A stretch of 64,000 nucleotides of DNA from Pristiophorus japonicus. Lineage: Eukaryota. Positions 63,636 to 64,000 of the stretch are shown here, in pieces (the first letter of the stretch is position 1; the number at the start of each line of letters is the position of its first letter). The position numbers and the translations under genes were made by a program. The stretch covers positions 297,414,001 through 297,478,000 of the forward strand of contig NC_091978.1 in assembly GCF_044704955.1 (NCBI RefSeq), written 5' to 3'. Under the pieces are notes generated by a model. That model did no database searches, was not told where the DNA came from, and worked only from the letters and a program-made list of their open reading frames with translations.

Positions 63636-63835
63636 AGATGGTGGTGAGCTACCTTCTTGAACCGCTGCAGTCTGCATGGTGAAGGTACTCCCACAGTGCT
63701 GTTAGGGATGGAGTTCCAGGATTTTGACCCAACAACGATGAGGGCACTGCGGTATACTTCCAAGTCAGGATGGTGGAGGAGGAGGATGGTGTTCCCATGC
63801 ATCTGCTGCCCTTGTCCTTCTACCCTAGAAGTTGC
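63636..63835 (-). mobile_element. LINE 3' fragment (same family as 8911-9385)
   Basis: YRSALIVVGSKSWNSIPNSTVGVPS. Confidence 0.75.
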
Positions 63836-63837
63836 AG

Positions 63838-63960
63838 TCTTCAAAATAGTGCCATGGGATCGTTTACATCCACCTGAGAGAGCAGACAGGGCCTCGGTTT
63901 AACGTCTCATCTGAAAGACGGCACCTTCGACAGTGTCAGCCGAGATTTTTTTGCTCAATT
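63838..63960 (-). mobile_element. DeuSINE core-domain fragment (SacSINE1/AmnSINE1-like)
   Basis: Minus strand GGTGCCGTCTTTCAGATGAGACGTTAAACCGAGGCCCTGTCTGCTCTCTCAGGTGGATGTAAACGATCCCATGGCACTATTT matches the Deu domain as I recall it. Confidence 0.75.
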
Positions 63961-64000
63961 GCCAACAGTAATGGCATGGGGATGCAGCTCAGCGCTCCCA

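Overview
Vertebrate (cartilaginous-fish-like, inferred from the repeat repertoire) genomic DNA; by my boundaries roughly 80-85% transposon-derived. The only intact host gene is a minus-strand SLC26A1 (Sat-1)-type sulfate/anion transporter, with two coding exons (24419-23784 and 8092-6560, phase-0 GT-AG intron of 15.7 kb, 722 aa). The rest is a deeply nested stack of CR1 LINEs (three retain 5' ends), RTE and L2 LINEs, a Penelope relic, SINEs, a decayed two-gene PIF/Harbinger transposon and at least six Harbinger-type MITEs. Most notable: (i) a hidden CARD/death-fold-like coding relic at about 60346-59164, whose frame is restored by removing a 7-bp-TSD RTE-derived insertion; (ii) three different CR1 families each carrying a different TATA-like tandem monomer array (70, 76, 66 bp) in front of one shared GTGA(C/T)ATCAC..GTA(A/G)GTGATT module; (iii) unusual substitutions in conserved SLC26A1 motifs. 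Repeat boundaries were read by eye and are approximate unless a TIR or TSD is quoted; family names come from recalled motifs, not database searches.
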